Shown one piece after another: positions 1 through 10,302 of a DNA stretch of 34,664 bases. The position numbers were made by a program, and so were the translations under genes. A model generated the notes under the pieces. It made no database searches. It worked only from the letters and a program-made list of their open reading frames with translations, and was not told the DNA's origin. Position 1 is the first letter of the stretch; each line of letters opens with the position of its first letter. This DNA comes from Stramenopiles sp. TOSAG23-2 (lineage: Eukaryota): assembly GCA_900128395.1 (NCBI GenBank), contig LT649349.1, forward strand, positions 1 through 34,664, read 5' to 3'.

Positions 1-647
1 AATCACTTCGTACTTATGGCTATACTAAATACCTGTAATATATCTATCAAATATATACAATGGTATGTCTATCTTATATAGCAGGTGAATACTGTGGACC
101 AGGTTTTTGCACCCCTATAGGGTACATAGCATTGTATTGTTGGATATACAGGTACATAGCATTGTAATAATGATATTCCCATATATATATAAGGCTTATA
201 TATCTATTCTCAGTCCTCAGTCGAATCCTTTTTCTTTTATAAATATTTTTATTAATTTTGTTTAATAATTATTTGTTTTTGACGTGGAAATTGATAGGTG
301 TGTTTTTTCATATACTAATATAATAAAGATTGTGTATATGTTAAATGTATATTTTAGTTGTACTTAATAAAATCATCTCCCGTTCATCATTCTTCATTAT
401 AAAAAAAAATAATATATCATCCGATTGTATGTACATAATTCATTATAACATTAGGAGGATATAGCGGGTACTAGGTAGGGAGAATCATACGTATATAATA
501 AATTATAGTTACAAAGAAGAGGAAATATCAACATATGTAATATATCAAAATTTTGATCGTATTATAATATATAGAAAGTATATAAGCCATCTCTATTTAT
601 ATATATATATATAAATATAATATAATATACAAATTGAAGAATTAATT

Positions 648-1842
648 ATGTCAGATAAACTTACGTCGCATTTTAAAGATGGTAAACAAGTATTGCCAAA
701 TGTACCACCATTGCAAAAGATTTCAGATAGTGTCTATGCTGTATTAGGAATGAACCCAGGGCCATTTAGTTTGACAGGTACAAATACATATTTAGTTGGA
801 ACTGGTGAGAAACGTATATTAATTGATACTGGTGAAGGACAACCTGCATATATTGGTAATTTAAAACAAGCATTGAAAAATATTGGTAAGTTATATAATT
901 ATATAATATATATATAATAATACACATATTTAAAAAAAAAAAGAAAAATAAAAAAAAGCATTAACAATTTTATATATACAAATAAAACGTACATACAAGG
1001 TGCAACTGGTTTACAAGAAATTATTGTTACCCATTGGCATTATGATCATTTAGGTGGTGTACCATCAGTTGTGAAACAATTTGGTGAAGATATACCTGTA
1101 CGTAAATTTATGCCAATACAAGATGAAACATTATTTGGTGGGGAAGGTGCACGTAATCCATATAAAATATGGGCAAAAGATCAATTTAAACCAATACGTG
1201 ATGGTGAAATTATTAGCACAGAAGGTGCATCGTTACAAGCATTTCATACGTATGTATAATTTTTCTCTGATATGTATATATACATATGATAATAAAAACT
1301 AACACTTTACTTATCATTAACAACAATAAAATCTATATGTATATGTATATATATATAGACCTGGACATGCAAATGATCATGTAGCATTATTACATCGTGG
1401 TGCTGGTGGTATGTTTACAGGGGATAATGTATTAGGTGTTGGTACAAGTGTCTTTCGTGATTTATATGAATATATGAATTCATTAAATAAAATGAAAGAT
1501 GCAGCAGTGAAAGATAATGTTGTCCAATTATATACATCACATGGACCATTAGTTAATAATGGTATTGATAAATTTACAGAATATATTAAACATAGGGAAA
1601 CACGTATTGCACAAGTTCAACAAACAGTAATGAATGGTCCAAAAGATGGATTAAATTGTTATGAAATTACAAAATTGATTTATGTAGATACACCATCTCA
1701 TTTAATTCCACCAGCAAGTCGAAATACTATGTTAGTTGTGTTGAAATTGGAAAAAGATGGTGTATTACGAAGAGGTAAAGAGGATACTAGTAAAGATCCT
1801 ATGACTGGTATTCAATGGGTCATCTCCAAGGCAAAGTATTAA
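648..1842 (+). CDS. LACTB2: Metallo-beta-lactamase fold protein, LACTB2-like, 3 exons (648-885, 1000-1249, 1359-1842)
   Basis: Exon 1 has [16 protein letters not shown] and ILIDTG. Splicing GT-AG introns 886-999 and 1250-1358 gives in-frame [10 protein letters not shown] (HxHxDH), [17 protein letters not shown] and SHGP, followed by a C-terminal winged-helix-like segment ([16 protein letters not shown]). Confidence 0.88.
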
Positions 1843-2365
1843 GAGAGAAAGAACATTTTAATATACGATCTCAACAAAAGTTCAAGAGAGGCCGGCTTAA
1901 CGGCTTAATTGTTTTTTTTGGTGTGGTGTTGGGGATTAATAAAAGTGTACGTTCGTAGTAGAGAATGGTGGAGAGATTTTAAGTGTGTACCACATTTTAT
2001 GACCCCGTTTTTTAAAAATTAAATTTACACATATACCGACTTTCATTATTTTCGGGGAAACTCTCTCTTATACACTGCTTGTCAGAACAAGATACGAATA
2101 TTATATGTACATATGTACATATATTTCACATCTATCCCCCCTTCTATCTCTCGCCCTCGTTCCTTTTTAGCTTTTGTATCTTTCACTACTGCCTTTCTTT
2201 TGCAAGGACCGTTTCCCAGTCTGGGCCATCAATGGCAATGGCATTATCGTTAGCATGAAGTCCCTCTGCCATTTCAGTGCGGCTATCCCATAACCCTTCT
2301 TCGATAACAAGAAAAAACGTGATAAAGAAAAGCGAGAGAAGAAAATAAAAGAAGAAGTCGAGAAA

Positions 2366-3505
2366 ATGAAGAAAAACATCGATGGCGCCTTTAAAAAGAT
2401 GATGAATGACAATGATGATGCAACGAAGAAAAGTGCACATGGTATGTTATCCATGATTTTGAAAAATTTAAAGGAACAACCTGATGTACCACGTTATCGG
2501 CGTGTGAAAAAAGACAATCCAAACTTTAAAAAAATGGTAGTGCCATTGAAAGGTCATGAAGAATTTTTAGTATCCATGGGATTTACATCACGTGGTAATT
2601 ATTTTGAATTTAGTTTAATACCAAAATCACATGAGAAAAATGAAGAAGAAATGGAAGATGCTAAGACGATTGCAAAAGAAGTATTGGAATATGCAGTGGA
2701 ACAAGTTGGTAATTTGAAAGAAGCACCAAAAGTGGAAGCAGCACCAGTACAACAACAACAACAACCACCAGCACAAGTAGTAGCACCAGTACAACAACAA
2801 CAACAACAAGTTGTGCCAGTGCAACAACAGCAGCAACAAGTTGCGCCAGTGCAACAACAGCAGCAACAAGTTGTGCCAGTGCAACAAGCTCCTGTACAAC
2901 AACAAGTAGTAACTCAACCACCCCCTGTAAAAGAATTTGTTGAATCCGCTTTACCATCTGTAAATGCGCCTCAAACTCCAATTGTAGTACCAAATACTGT
3001 TAATGGTACGGGAAATATCCAGCAACAACCAGTAGCTCAACAACAACAACAACAAGTACCTGTTCAACAACAACAACAACAACAACAAGCACCTGTTCAG
3101 CAACAACAACAATCAAGTGGATGGCCACCAAAAGGTAATGCATTGCCAAATTTACAACAGCCAGCACAAATGTGGAATGTAAATCCACCTGCAAATGTCC
3201 AACAACAAGGAGCAACGACAACAACACCATCAGCAAGTAATACAACAACTACTACTGCAAATGGAAATGGCCTTGCGCCAAATCAAACATCGGCAACTAT
3301 ATCATCCACACCTGTACAACAACAACAACATCCAAATGGCGAAAATCCAAGTTATCCCTTGAGTTTTGGCGAAATAATGAAAATGACACAAGAAGGAAAA
3401 ACACCACCAGGTATTAAACAAATTCCAAATAATTTATCCACCGATCAAGCATCTGCTTCAACTGGTGTAGCACCAAGTAAACCATGGGAACAAAAAAAAG
3501 AATAA
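2366..3505 (+). CDS. PUB-domain protein with Gln/Pro-rich linker and C-terminal KPWE (PEX14-like/PEX39-like) domain, probably 5'-incomplete
   Basis: MLSMILKNLKEQPDVPRYRRVKKDNPNFKKMV...GHEEFLVSMGF matches the PUB consensus (N..P...KYR.I...N..F...GF). The C-terminus SYPLSFGEIMKMTQEGKTPPGIKQIPN...SKPWE matches the KPWE domain. The frame is open from 2294 (PFFDNKKKRDKEKREKK...) with no upstream ATG. Confidence 0.75.
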   Translation: MKKNIDGAFKKMMNDNDDATKKSAHGMLSMILKNLKEQPDVPRYRRVKKDNPNFKKMVVPLKGHEEFLVSMGFTSRGNYFEFSLIPKSHEKNEEEMEDAKTIAKEVLEYAVEQVGNLKEAPKVEAAPVQQQQQPPAQVVAPVQQQQQQVVPVQQQQQQVAPVQQQQQQVVPVQQAPVQQQVVTQPPPVKEFVESALPSVNAPQTPIVVPNTVNGTGNIQQQPVAQQQQQQVPVQQQQQQQQAPVQQQQQSSGWPPKGNALPNLQQPAQMWNVNPPANVQQQGATTTTPSASNTTTTTANGNGLAPNQTSATISSTPVQQQQHPNGENPSYPLSFGEIMKMTQEGKTPPGIKQIPNNLSTDQASASTGVAPSKPWEQKKE

Positions 3506-3899
3506 AACAAAAAATTTAATTATATATTATATAATATAAATATATAAAAAAAATTAAAATATGGAGAAACATGGCGTATACTTTTGTATAAAAAATGAAA
3601 ATTTTACGGACTCGTCTCGTGTATTGAAATTCTACACCGTGTAGATGTCCGCAAAGGTGTGTGCCGATGGTGCGGTTTACAGTGTACTTATTAGTAGATT
3701 GATTGATGAATAGTGAATTACGTACCAGTACGAGTAAATAGAGTAATTTTTATCATTTTTTATACGACAGTATTTTTTTAAAAAACTGCATTTTTGTTTT
3801 GTTTTTAAATTTTTTTTTCAAAATTTTATTTTAATCTCACATTTTTTTGTGTCTATTTTTGACAGGTTCTATGGAGTTCTAAACTTTTTACACTCTTTT

Positions 3900-4526
3900 T
3901 TACACACACGCGCGCGCACGCAGGTACCTCAAAAATATTCTTTTTCCTGCCCTCGTAAATCTTTTTTTTACGCATATTATATAATACGAACGAAAATAAT
4001 ATTTTACTGTGCTACTGTCAGCACACACATAATTAGATGGTACATATAATGTTCCTGAATATGTATCCGTGTGAAACGAAGGTGGTATAATACGATAATC
4101 AAACAATATTTCAAAACCTACACAAATAATATCAATCATTAAAAAGATCACAATTAACCATCTCATCATAGGACTTTCCAGGATGTGGAATAATTTTGTT
4201 CTTGATGCAGCATTGCGTTTACCACAACATGTTGAATTTTTTTCAATATGAACACCATCATGAACTAAATGTTCATCATTTACATAACATTCATTAAATT
4301 TATTAATAGAACGTTTTGTTGCAGTTGCCAGGTCGGCTAGAAGTTCTAACGATGTATTTGATCGATACCTTCCATGTTTATTTTTACTATCGTTTTCCCC
4401 ATCCTCAATATTTGATAATGCCCTTTTACGTTCTTGGTAATGTTGTTTTTTTTTTTCTTGTTTTTTTTTTTCTAAATATTCCAGTGATGTATTTCTTGGT
4501 TTCAATTCTATCTTTTTTGTTTCCAT
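3900..4526 (-). CDS. Voltage-gated proton channel Hv1-like protein, N-terminus and S1 only (truncated near 4010)
   Basis: RTKLFHILESPMMRWLIVIFLMIDIICVGFEILFDYRII resembles the Hv1 S0-S1 region, including the selectivity Asp and the downstream Glu/Asp. No S2-S4 (RxWRxxR) was found downstream on this strand, and the ORF tail reads like non-coding DNA. Confidence 0.55.
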   Translation of the reverse strand: METKKIELKPRNTSLEYLEKKKQEKKKQHYQERKRALSNIEDGENDSKNKHGRYRSNTSLELLADLATATKRSINKFNECYVNDEHLVHDGVHIEKNSTCCGKRNAASRTKLFHILESPMMRWLIVIFLMIDIICVGFEILFDYRIIPPSFHTDTYSGTLYVPSNYVCADSSTVKYYFRSYYIICVKKRFTRAGKRIFLRYLRARACV

Positions 4527-5004
4527 CTTTGTTGCGTTGGATATGTATCAGTGGGTATACACCGGGGCATAGATACGATACAATACAGTACAGTACAGGT
4601 TCATACATATACATATAGACATGCGCGCATGCATGCATTGTATATAATAATTATATTAAATTATTTATTGAAAAAATGTGTCCATAAATAAATATATATT
4701 TTATATCCCAGGTATCTTACCTGTATACTACACATATATACATATGTGAAATATGCCAATGGGACCGAAATCAAGCGGACCGTAATTTTATCAAAAAATG
4801 AATTTCAAAAAAGGATTTTGTGATTTAATTTGTTTTAAATAAATAACTTAATAGATTTATCATTTTACAAAATAAATTCGGATATTTGTATGTTAATAAT
4901 ATCAATAGTCGGCATATTTTGATCCAATTTGGGGCCGCTTGGTACCGATTTAATAATCTGCCGGGCACCGGGCATTGTAGTTAATTTAAGTATACTAAAT
5001 TTTA

Positions 5005-5170
5005 TAGTATACTAATTTATGCATATTTGATAGAGAGGTATTACGATATTACAAAAAATCCAAAAATAGCCAATAATATAGTTATTTTGCTGAATATATA
5101 CTAAGAATATCCGATTTGTTTTGTAATATCCAAATATCTCTCTATCTATTATACATAAATTAGTATACTA
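5005..5170. mobile_element. Short foldback/MITE-like element with ~56-bp imperfect inverted arms
   Basis: 5005-5060 (tagtatactaatttatgcatatttgatagagaggtattacgatattacaaaaaatc) is a close reverse complement of 5113-5170. Both outer ends are the palindrome tagtatacta. Confidence 0.55.
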
Positions 5171-5303
5171 AAGTAATGCTTACATTAAATACCATTTTGA
5201 AATCCACTAATATAATCCTTCTCATTTACAAGATTATTATATGATCCCCCAAATAACACTATTCACTATTGCACAGATGATCTTGATTCTTCTTCTTCTT
5301 CGC

Positions 5304-5472
<169 letters not shown>

Positions 5473-5810
5473 TTTAATTTGTATATTAGGTGGAAGAATG
5501 TGAAACAACATCATCATCGTCTCTGTACGTAGATATATCATATATATTGTATTGACAGTTGGGTTTTTTTTTGTATATTGTGTGAATTATTAGTATTATT
5601 ATTATTTCCAAAAGATAGATATATACTATATATAGATAGATTCATCTTCTTTTTTTTTTTCGTTATATACTAATTAAATTACATTATTATATAATTTTAG
5701 AATTATTTTAATAAAAGTTGTGTGTCCAACTCTCTTGTGTGCTGTAAAATATAGGAACCCATCATTGTAAAATAATAACAAACCATATATAAATAAATAT
5801 ATAATATATA

Positions 5811-7727
5811 ATGGCTAATTTTGCAAAGGATTTAATGGGTGGTCAAGGATGTTCCGTAGATGGTTTAGCACAAGCACGTAATCCTATGGGACAAATGGTA
5901 GATACATTATTTCAAGGTCCACAAGGTGCAAAAGGTCAAATGATGGGACCTAGAGGACCAATATCTGGACCTGGTGCATCCATGCATGCTGCTATGAAAG
6001 AAGGTTTTCAAGGAAATGTAAAAGCACGAGGGCCAATGATGAGACCAGGGCAAAATTGGGGTGGGGATTTTAAACAACAAGCACGTATGGCACCACCACC
6101 ACCACCACCTATGCAACAACAACAACGTCCACGTGCCATGTCTGCACCTTCACAAAATTGGGGTGCAGAATTTAAACAAACACCTGGTAATATGCGACAA
6201 GCTTCTAGAATGCGTAGAGGTAGTATGCAAGGTCCACGTGGTGCGATGCGAATGCAACCACAACAAATGATGATGAGGCAACAAACTGCAATGGCACAAC
6301 AATCAATGATGATGCAACAAACCATGATGATGGCACAACAACAACAAATGATGATGCAACAAATGTATCAACCACAAATGATGCAACATCGACAACAAGT
6401 ACAACAAACACGTCCAGAAATAAAAGAAATAGTGGAAGAAAATGTAACAACATCAGATACAACTACAGAAAGTGATAGTATGAATGCAACTAGATTGACT
6501 GCAGCGGAAATGACAAAAGTATTATCACAAGATCAAGATCCAAAATACCGTCAATCTGAATTTTTCCAATTCATGTCACAAATACGTGACAATGAAGTTG
6601 AATTTGCTGGCAATAAAGTGATTGATACACCAGAGAAACAAGATCATATATCTGGTGTATGGGATCAACCACCTCCACAAATAAAACATGATATGATGCC
6701 ACCTCAACAAAAAATGAATGCTAATTTAGGTATGAATATGAATATGTCAGCAATTAATAGCATGACCGATAAGATGTCTGCCGTATGGCGAGATGGAATG
6801 GATGGTAAACAAGTTAATTTTGAACAAGCATGGAAAGATGCGACGAATCAAGTTGTAAATCAAGATTTATATACGTTTGAAGAATCAAATAAATTTAAAG
6901 ATCATGATGATACATTTATGAAAGGTATGGAATTATTTCATCAAGGGGAAATTCGAGAGGCAATATTAGCATTTCAAGCACATGTACAACAAGAAGTAGA
7001 TGATAGTAGCGAAGGTTGGAGAATGTTAGGAAAATGCCATCAAGAACATGATGAAGATCGTCAAGCGATTGAATGTTTAAGGCGTGCCGTGGAGGAAGAT
7101 CCATACAATTTAGACGCATTATTAGAGTTAGGTGTTAGTTATGTAAATGAATTAGATTCCCAAAATGCATTGGCGACTATGAAAGCATGGATTGATCACC
7201 ATCCAAGTTTTCAAGGTATGAAATATACGCCAGATGCATATAGTGATGGGACATTAATGGATGAGATCATGCAATTAATGTTGCAAGCAAGGCAATTCGA
7301 TTCATCGGATCCAGATGTACATATAGTATTAGGTGTTTTGTACAACGTTTCGAGGGATTTTGATAGTGCAGTTGCATCCTTGCGACAAGCTTTATCTCTT
7401 CGTCCGGAAGATTATTCATTATGGAATAAATTAGGTGCTACGCAAGCAAATGGTAATCGTGGTTTGGAAGCGATGCCGGCATATGAAAAAGCATTGCAAA
7501 TGAAACCAAAATATGCACGTGCATGGTTAAATATGGGTATCTCTTATGCTAATTTAGGGAATTACTCCAAAGCAGTGAAAGGGTATTTAAAAACATTAAA
7601 ATTGAATCCACAAGCAGATCACGTATGGAGTTATTTACGTATTGCATTTACATGTATGGAACGATTTGATTTGTTAAAATTAGTCGATCAAAGAAATGTG
7701 GATGCATTTGCAGAGTTTATGCAGTGA
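5811..7727 (+). CDS. PEX5: Peroxisomal targeting signal 1 receptor PEX5
   Basis: It has an N-terminal Cys motif (LMGGQGCS...NPM), WxxxF motifs (WGGDF, WGAEF), a PEX7-binding-type box (DPKYRQSEFFQFMSQIRDNEV), and C-terminal TPRs with LGVLYNVSRDFD, LWNKLGATQANG and RAWLNMGISYANL. Confidence 0.95.
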   Translation: MANFAKDLMGGQGCSVDGLAQARNPMGQMVDTLFQGPQGAKGQMMGPRGPISGPGASMHAAMKEGFQGNVKARGPMMRPGQNWGGDFKQQARMAPPPPPPMQQQQRPRAMSAPSQNWGAEFKQTPGNMRQASRMRRGSMQGPRGAMRMQPQQMMMRQQTAMAQQSMMMQQTMMMAQQQQMMMQQMYQPQMMQHRQQVQQTRPEIKEIVEENVTTSDTTTESDSMNATRLTAAEMTKVLSQDQDPKYRQSEFFQFMSQIRDNEVEFAGNKVIDTPEKQDHISGVWDQPPPQIKHDMMPPQQKMNANLGMNMNMSAINSMTDKMSAVWRDGMDGKQVNFEQAWKDATNQVVNQDLYTFEESNKFKDHDDTFMKGMELFHQGEIREAILAFQAHVQQEVDDSSEGWRMLGKCHQEHDEDRQAIECLRRAVEEDPYNLDALLELGVSYVNELDSQNALATMKAWIDHHPSFQGMKYTPDAYSDGTLMDEIMQLMLQARQFDSSDPDVHIVLGVLYNVSRDFDSAVASLRQALSLRPEDYSLWNKLGATQANGNRGLEAMPAYEKALQMKPKYARAWLNMGISYANLGNYSKAVKGYLKTLKLNPQADHVWSYLRIAFTCMERFDLLKLVDQRNVDAFAEFMQ

Positions 7728-8189
7728 GGTGTAGTGTATATAAGCAGGTGGTGGTGTGGTAGTTATTGATGCCATGTTGCATATATGTATGTATATATAT
7801 ATATATATATGTATGCTAAATAATTTTTACTAAAATTTATAAATCATTTTTGATTTGAGATGTTAATAAACGGGAGTAAAAGAATTTTATATAACATATG
7901 AGTAAGAGAAAAACACATATATATGTATGTACTGTATTTCTATATTTCTATATTTCTATTATTTTCTTAGTTCGTCGGAAGTCGAAAGTCGATTTTAATT
8001 TTAATTCATTTTTCAATTCAAAAAAACGAGTCAAAAATGCATTAAAATTAAAGGTGAAAAGAGAGAAATGAGGTTGAAGAGAAGGTTTAAATGAAGAAGA
8101 GATGCCCAGGTGTAGATATATAATGTTATTATATGTGCAATGTTTATATATATGCATGTATTGCTACTCTCTTTTTCTTTTCTTGTTTG

Positions 8190-8319
8190 TTTTTAATAAT
8201 CATCTTCATCTTCTGGTTCTATAAAATTACCATTTTCATCATAATTATTTGCAATTCCACCTTTTGAACGTAAAAGTGCAATGATTTCTTGGCGAATTGG
8301 ACTACGATTACATTCATAC
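8190..8319 (-). pseudogene. Isolated 3' fragment of an F-box-like/ankyrin family gene
   Basis: The reverse complement encodes YECNRSPIRQEIIALLRSKGGIANNYDENGNFIEPEDED, nearly identical in DNA to the 3' ends at ~11280-11399 and ~13120-13226. No upstream ankyrin sequence is present. Confidence 0.8.
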
Positions 8320-8426
8320 AAAAAGAAAATTGATTGCATCTCCACCCATTTTACTATACTCTGATTGATATCCGCCGATGTTACTTCTTTCGTTTCTCAT
8401 ATTATATATACGTGATTATAAATCAT

Positions 8427-9962
8427 TTATACTCTATATAATAATGGTGGTGGTAAAAGTGTCATCCTAGCTTTAATAGTTTGTTGTGGAATCAATGTAA
8501 TTGTTATTTCCTTTGCTGCAATTTGTTTTAAACGAATGATATATTTATTATTATCGTCTTTTGCATATCCATCAAAAAAGATTTCACCTACATCATTTGT
8601 TTTCTTACTTGTTATAAATGTTTCTCTGATGGTATTTGATTTATCATCTGTACGAATAAAATACACTTCCACAATGACATTGTTCACTGGTTGTTGACGA
8701 GTTCCATCATCATGTTTATTATGTTCGTTATCAACAACAGTAACAACACATTTACCAAAATATGGAAATAATAATGTATTAAATTTTGATGGTAAATCAT
8801 ATTTTGTTGCGTTTTCTTTTTCAAGCTGCATGCCACTAAATAAATACATCCCATCGATCATTCCTTTATCATATGCATCTATTGATTGCATTAAAATAGA
8901 TTCAACACTTTCAACACTCATCCATCCTTCTAAACTATCTTTCACATAATTACCAAATATAATTGGAATGGTAGAACCAACTTTTTGTCGTAACATTATA
9001 AAATTATTTGTATAATTTGTATATGTTGCATCTTGTGTAAAATCCCACATATTGATTTGATCGATCACATTTAATACACCATCATCATGAAAGACTTCAA
9101 TTTCACCACCGGTATACCAAACAATACCAAGTTTTAAATTTGGTGTTGTTGCTAAACTATTATGATCTACATTTCCATTTATATCTATCGTTTTCCCTTG
9201 TAAAGCAGCTTTAATATCTTTTAATTTAGATAATGTTACACCCCATTCAATGACTGGACATGGTAATAAATTCTTTGGGTTGCGAATACATGATGGTACA
9301 CCTTGACAATTTTTAACCGTTCCTTTGGTTAAACAACAATTTTCTAATAATGGCGTTGTACTAGTAGACGACGATGATGGTGGTGTACAATGTCCTTTTG
9401 AATCTCGTGGCCATGGACAACAATAATAACCAGCTGTATTCGAACCATAAACAGTTGCATTTGATATTGGACATTGAATACATTTTGATGGTTTTTTACC
9501 AATGTAATTGTTGAAAAAATCATCAATATAAATACCACGGATTTGTGGGCATATTTTGGATAGCTTTGACCATCGTGCAGCACCTTGGAGCATACCAGCT
9601 GGGGATAATGGATGATACATGTTGGTATCCTTTGAATTATTATAAACACCATGTTCAGAATGACCTAATATCATTCCATAAATTTGATTTACAGATATAT
9701 TTTCACAATGCCATTGAATATCATCTTCTAACGTACCTGCACCACCAGCTTCACTATCACGATTTACAATTACAGTACTACCAAAATGATATTTTTCATA
9801 TAATGATACATTGACAGGATGATATGTACCAATGAAAGTTTGATATGGTTGTATAGTTGTTGTTGCCGTATCAATAGCATTTATATTATTATATTTTTGA
9901 ATTGAGAATATGATTAATATTATTAATTTAATTGTAATTATTCTAATATTTATTATCTTCAT
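8427..9962 (-). CDS. Secreted protein with a putative glycoside-hydrolase-like (TIM-barrel) domain, Cys-rich insertion and C-terminal beta-rich domain
   Basis: 511-aa ORF with a hydrophobic N-terminal signal and alternating beta/alpha motifs (IRGIYIDDFF, LGIVWY, IDQINMW, IPIIFGNY, IDGMYLFS). A Cys-rich block follows the DD motif. The fold assignment is inference. Confidence 0.6.
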   Translation of the reverse strand: MKIINIRIITIKLIILIIFSIQKYNNINAIDTATTTIQPYQTFIGTYHPVNVSLYEKYHFGSTVIVNRDSEAGGAGTLEDDIQWHCENISVNQIYGMILGHSEHGVYNNSKDTNMYHPLSPAGMLQGAARWSKLSKICPQIRGIYIDDFFNNYIGKKPSKCIQCPISNATVYGSNTAGYYCCPWPRDSKGHCTPPSSSSTSTTPLLENCCLTKGTVKNCQGVPSCIRNPKNLLPCPVIEWGVTLSKLKDIKAALQGKTIDINGNVDHNSLATTPNLKLGIVWYTGGEIEVFHDDGVLNVIDQINMWDFTQDATYTNYTNNFIMLRQKVGSTIPIIFGNYVKDSLEGWMSVESVESILMQSIDAYDKGMIDGMYLFSGMQLEKENATKYDLPSKFNTLLFPYFGKCVVTVVDNEHNKHDDGTRQQPVNNVIVEVYFIRTDDKSNTIRETFITSKKTNDVGEIFFDGYAKDDNNKYIIRLKQIAAKEITITLIPQQTIKARMTLLPPPLLYRV

Positions 9963-10302
9963 GATTATTCTTCGTTTTTTCTCTTATATAGTGTGTACAA
10001 TAATAACGTCAAGTTGTATATTTTTTATGAATTTCTTGTCTTTCTTTATTATACACTTATTGAATAAAATAAGTTATTTCGTATCTATAGTTGTATAATT
10101 GTGTTTTACTCTGAATTTTACACTTTGTATATATATTCTTGTTTCTGTTGTTATAATTAATATTTTTTTTACTTTTTTTTGTTGATTTAAATTGAATGAA
10201 TGAACTAAGAAATAAATAAATATAGAAATACTAATACACAGAAGAAATATACAAATATACAAATAGAAATATTAAAAGATATAACAAGACTATATATATA
10301 AC

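Noticed and set aside
2627..3248. Antisense Leu/Val-rich repeat ORFs (also those overlapping PEX5, XPD, the PKD2-like, TTL, EGF and LRR genes)
   Set aside because: They are shadows of low-complexity or repeated codons on the real coding strand and carry no independent motifs.
3631..3645. Palindrome tctacac-c-gtgtaga
   Set aside because: It has only 7-bp arms and a single occurrence, which is expected by chance, with no supporting context.
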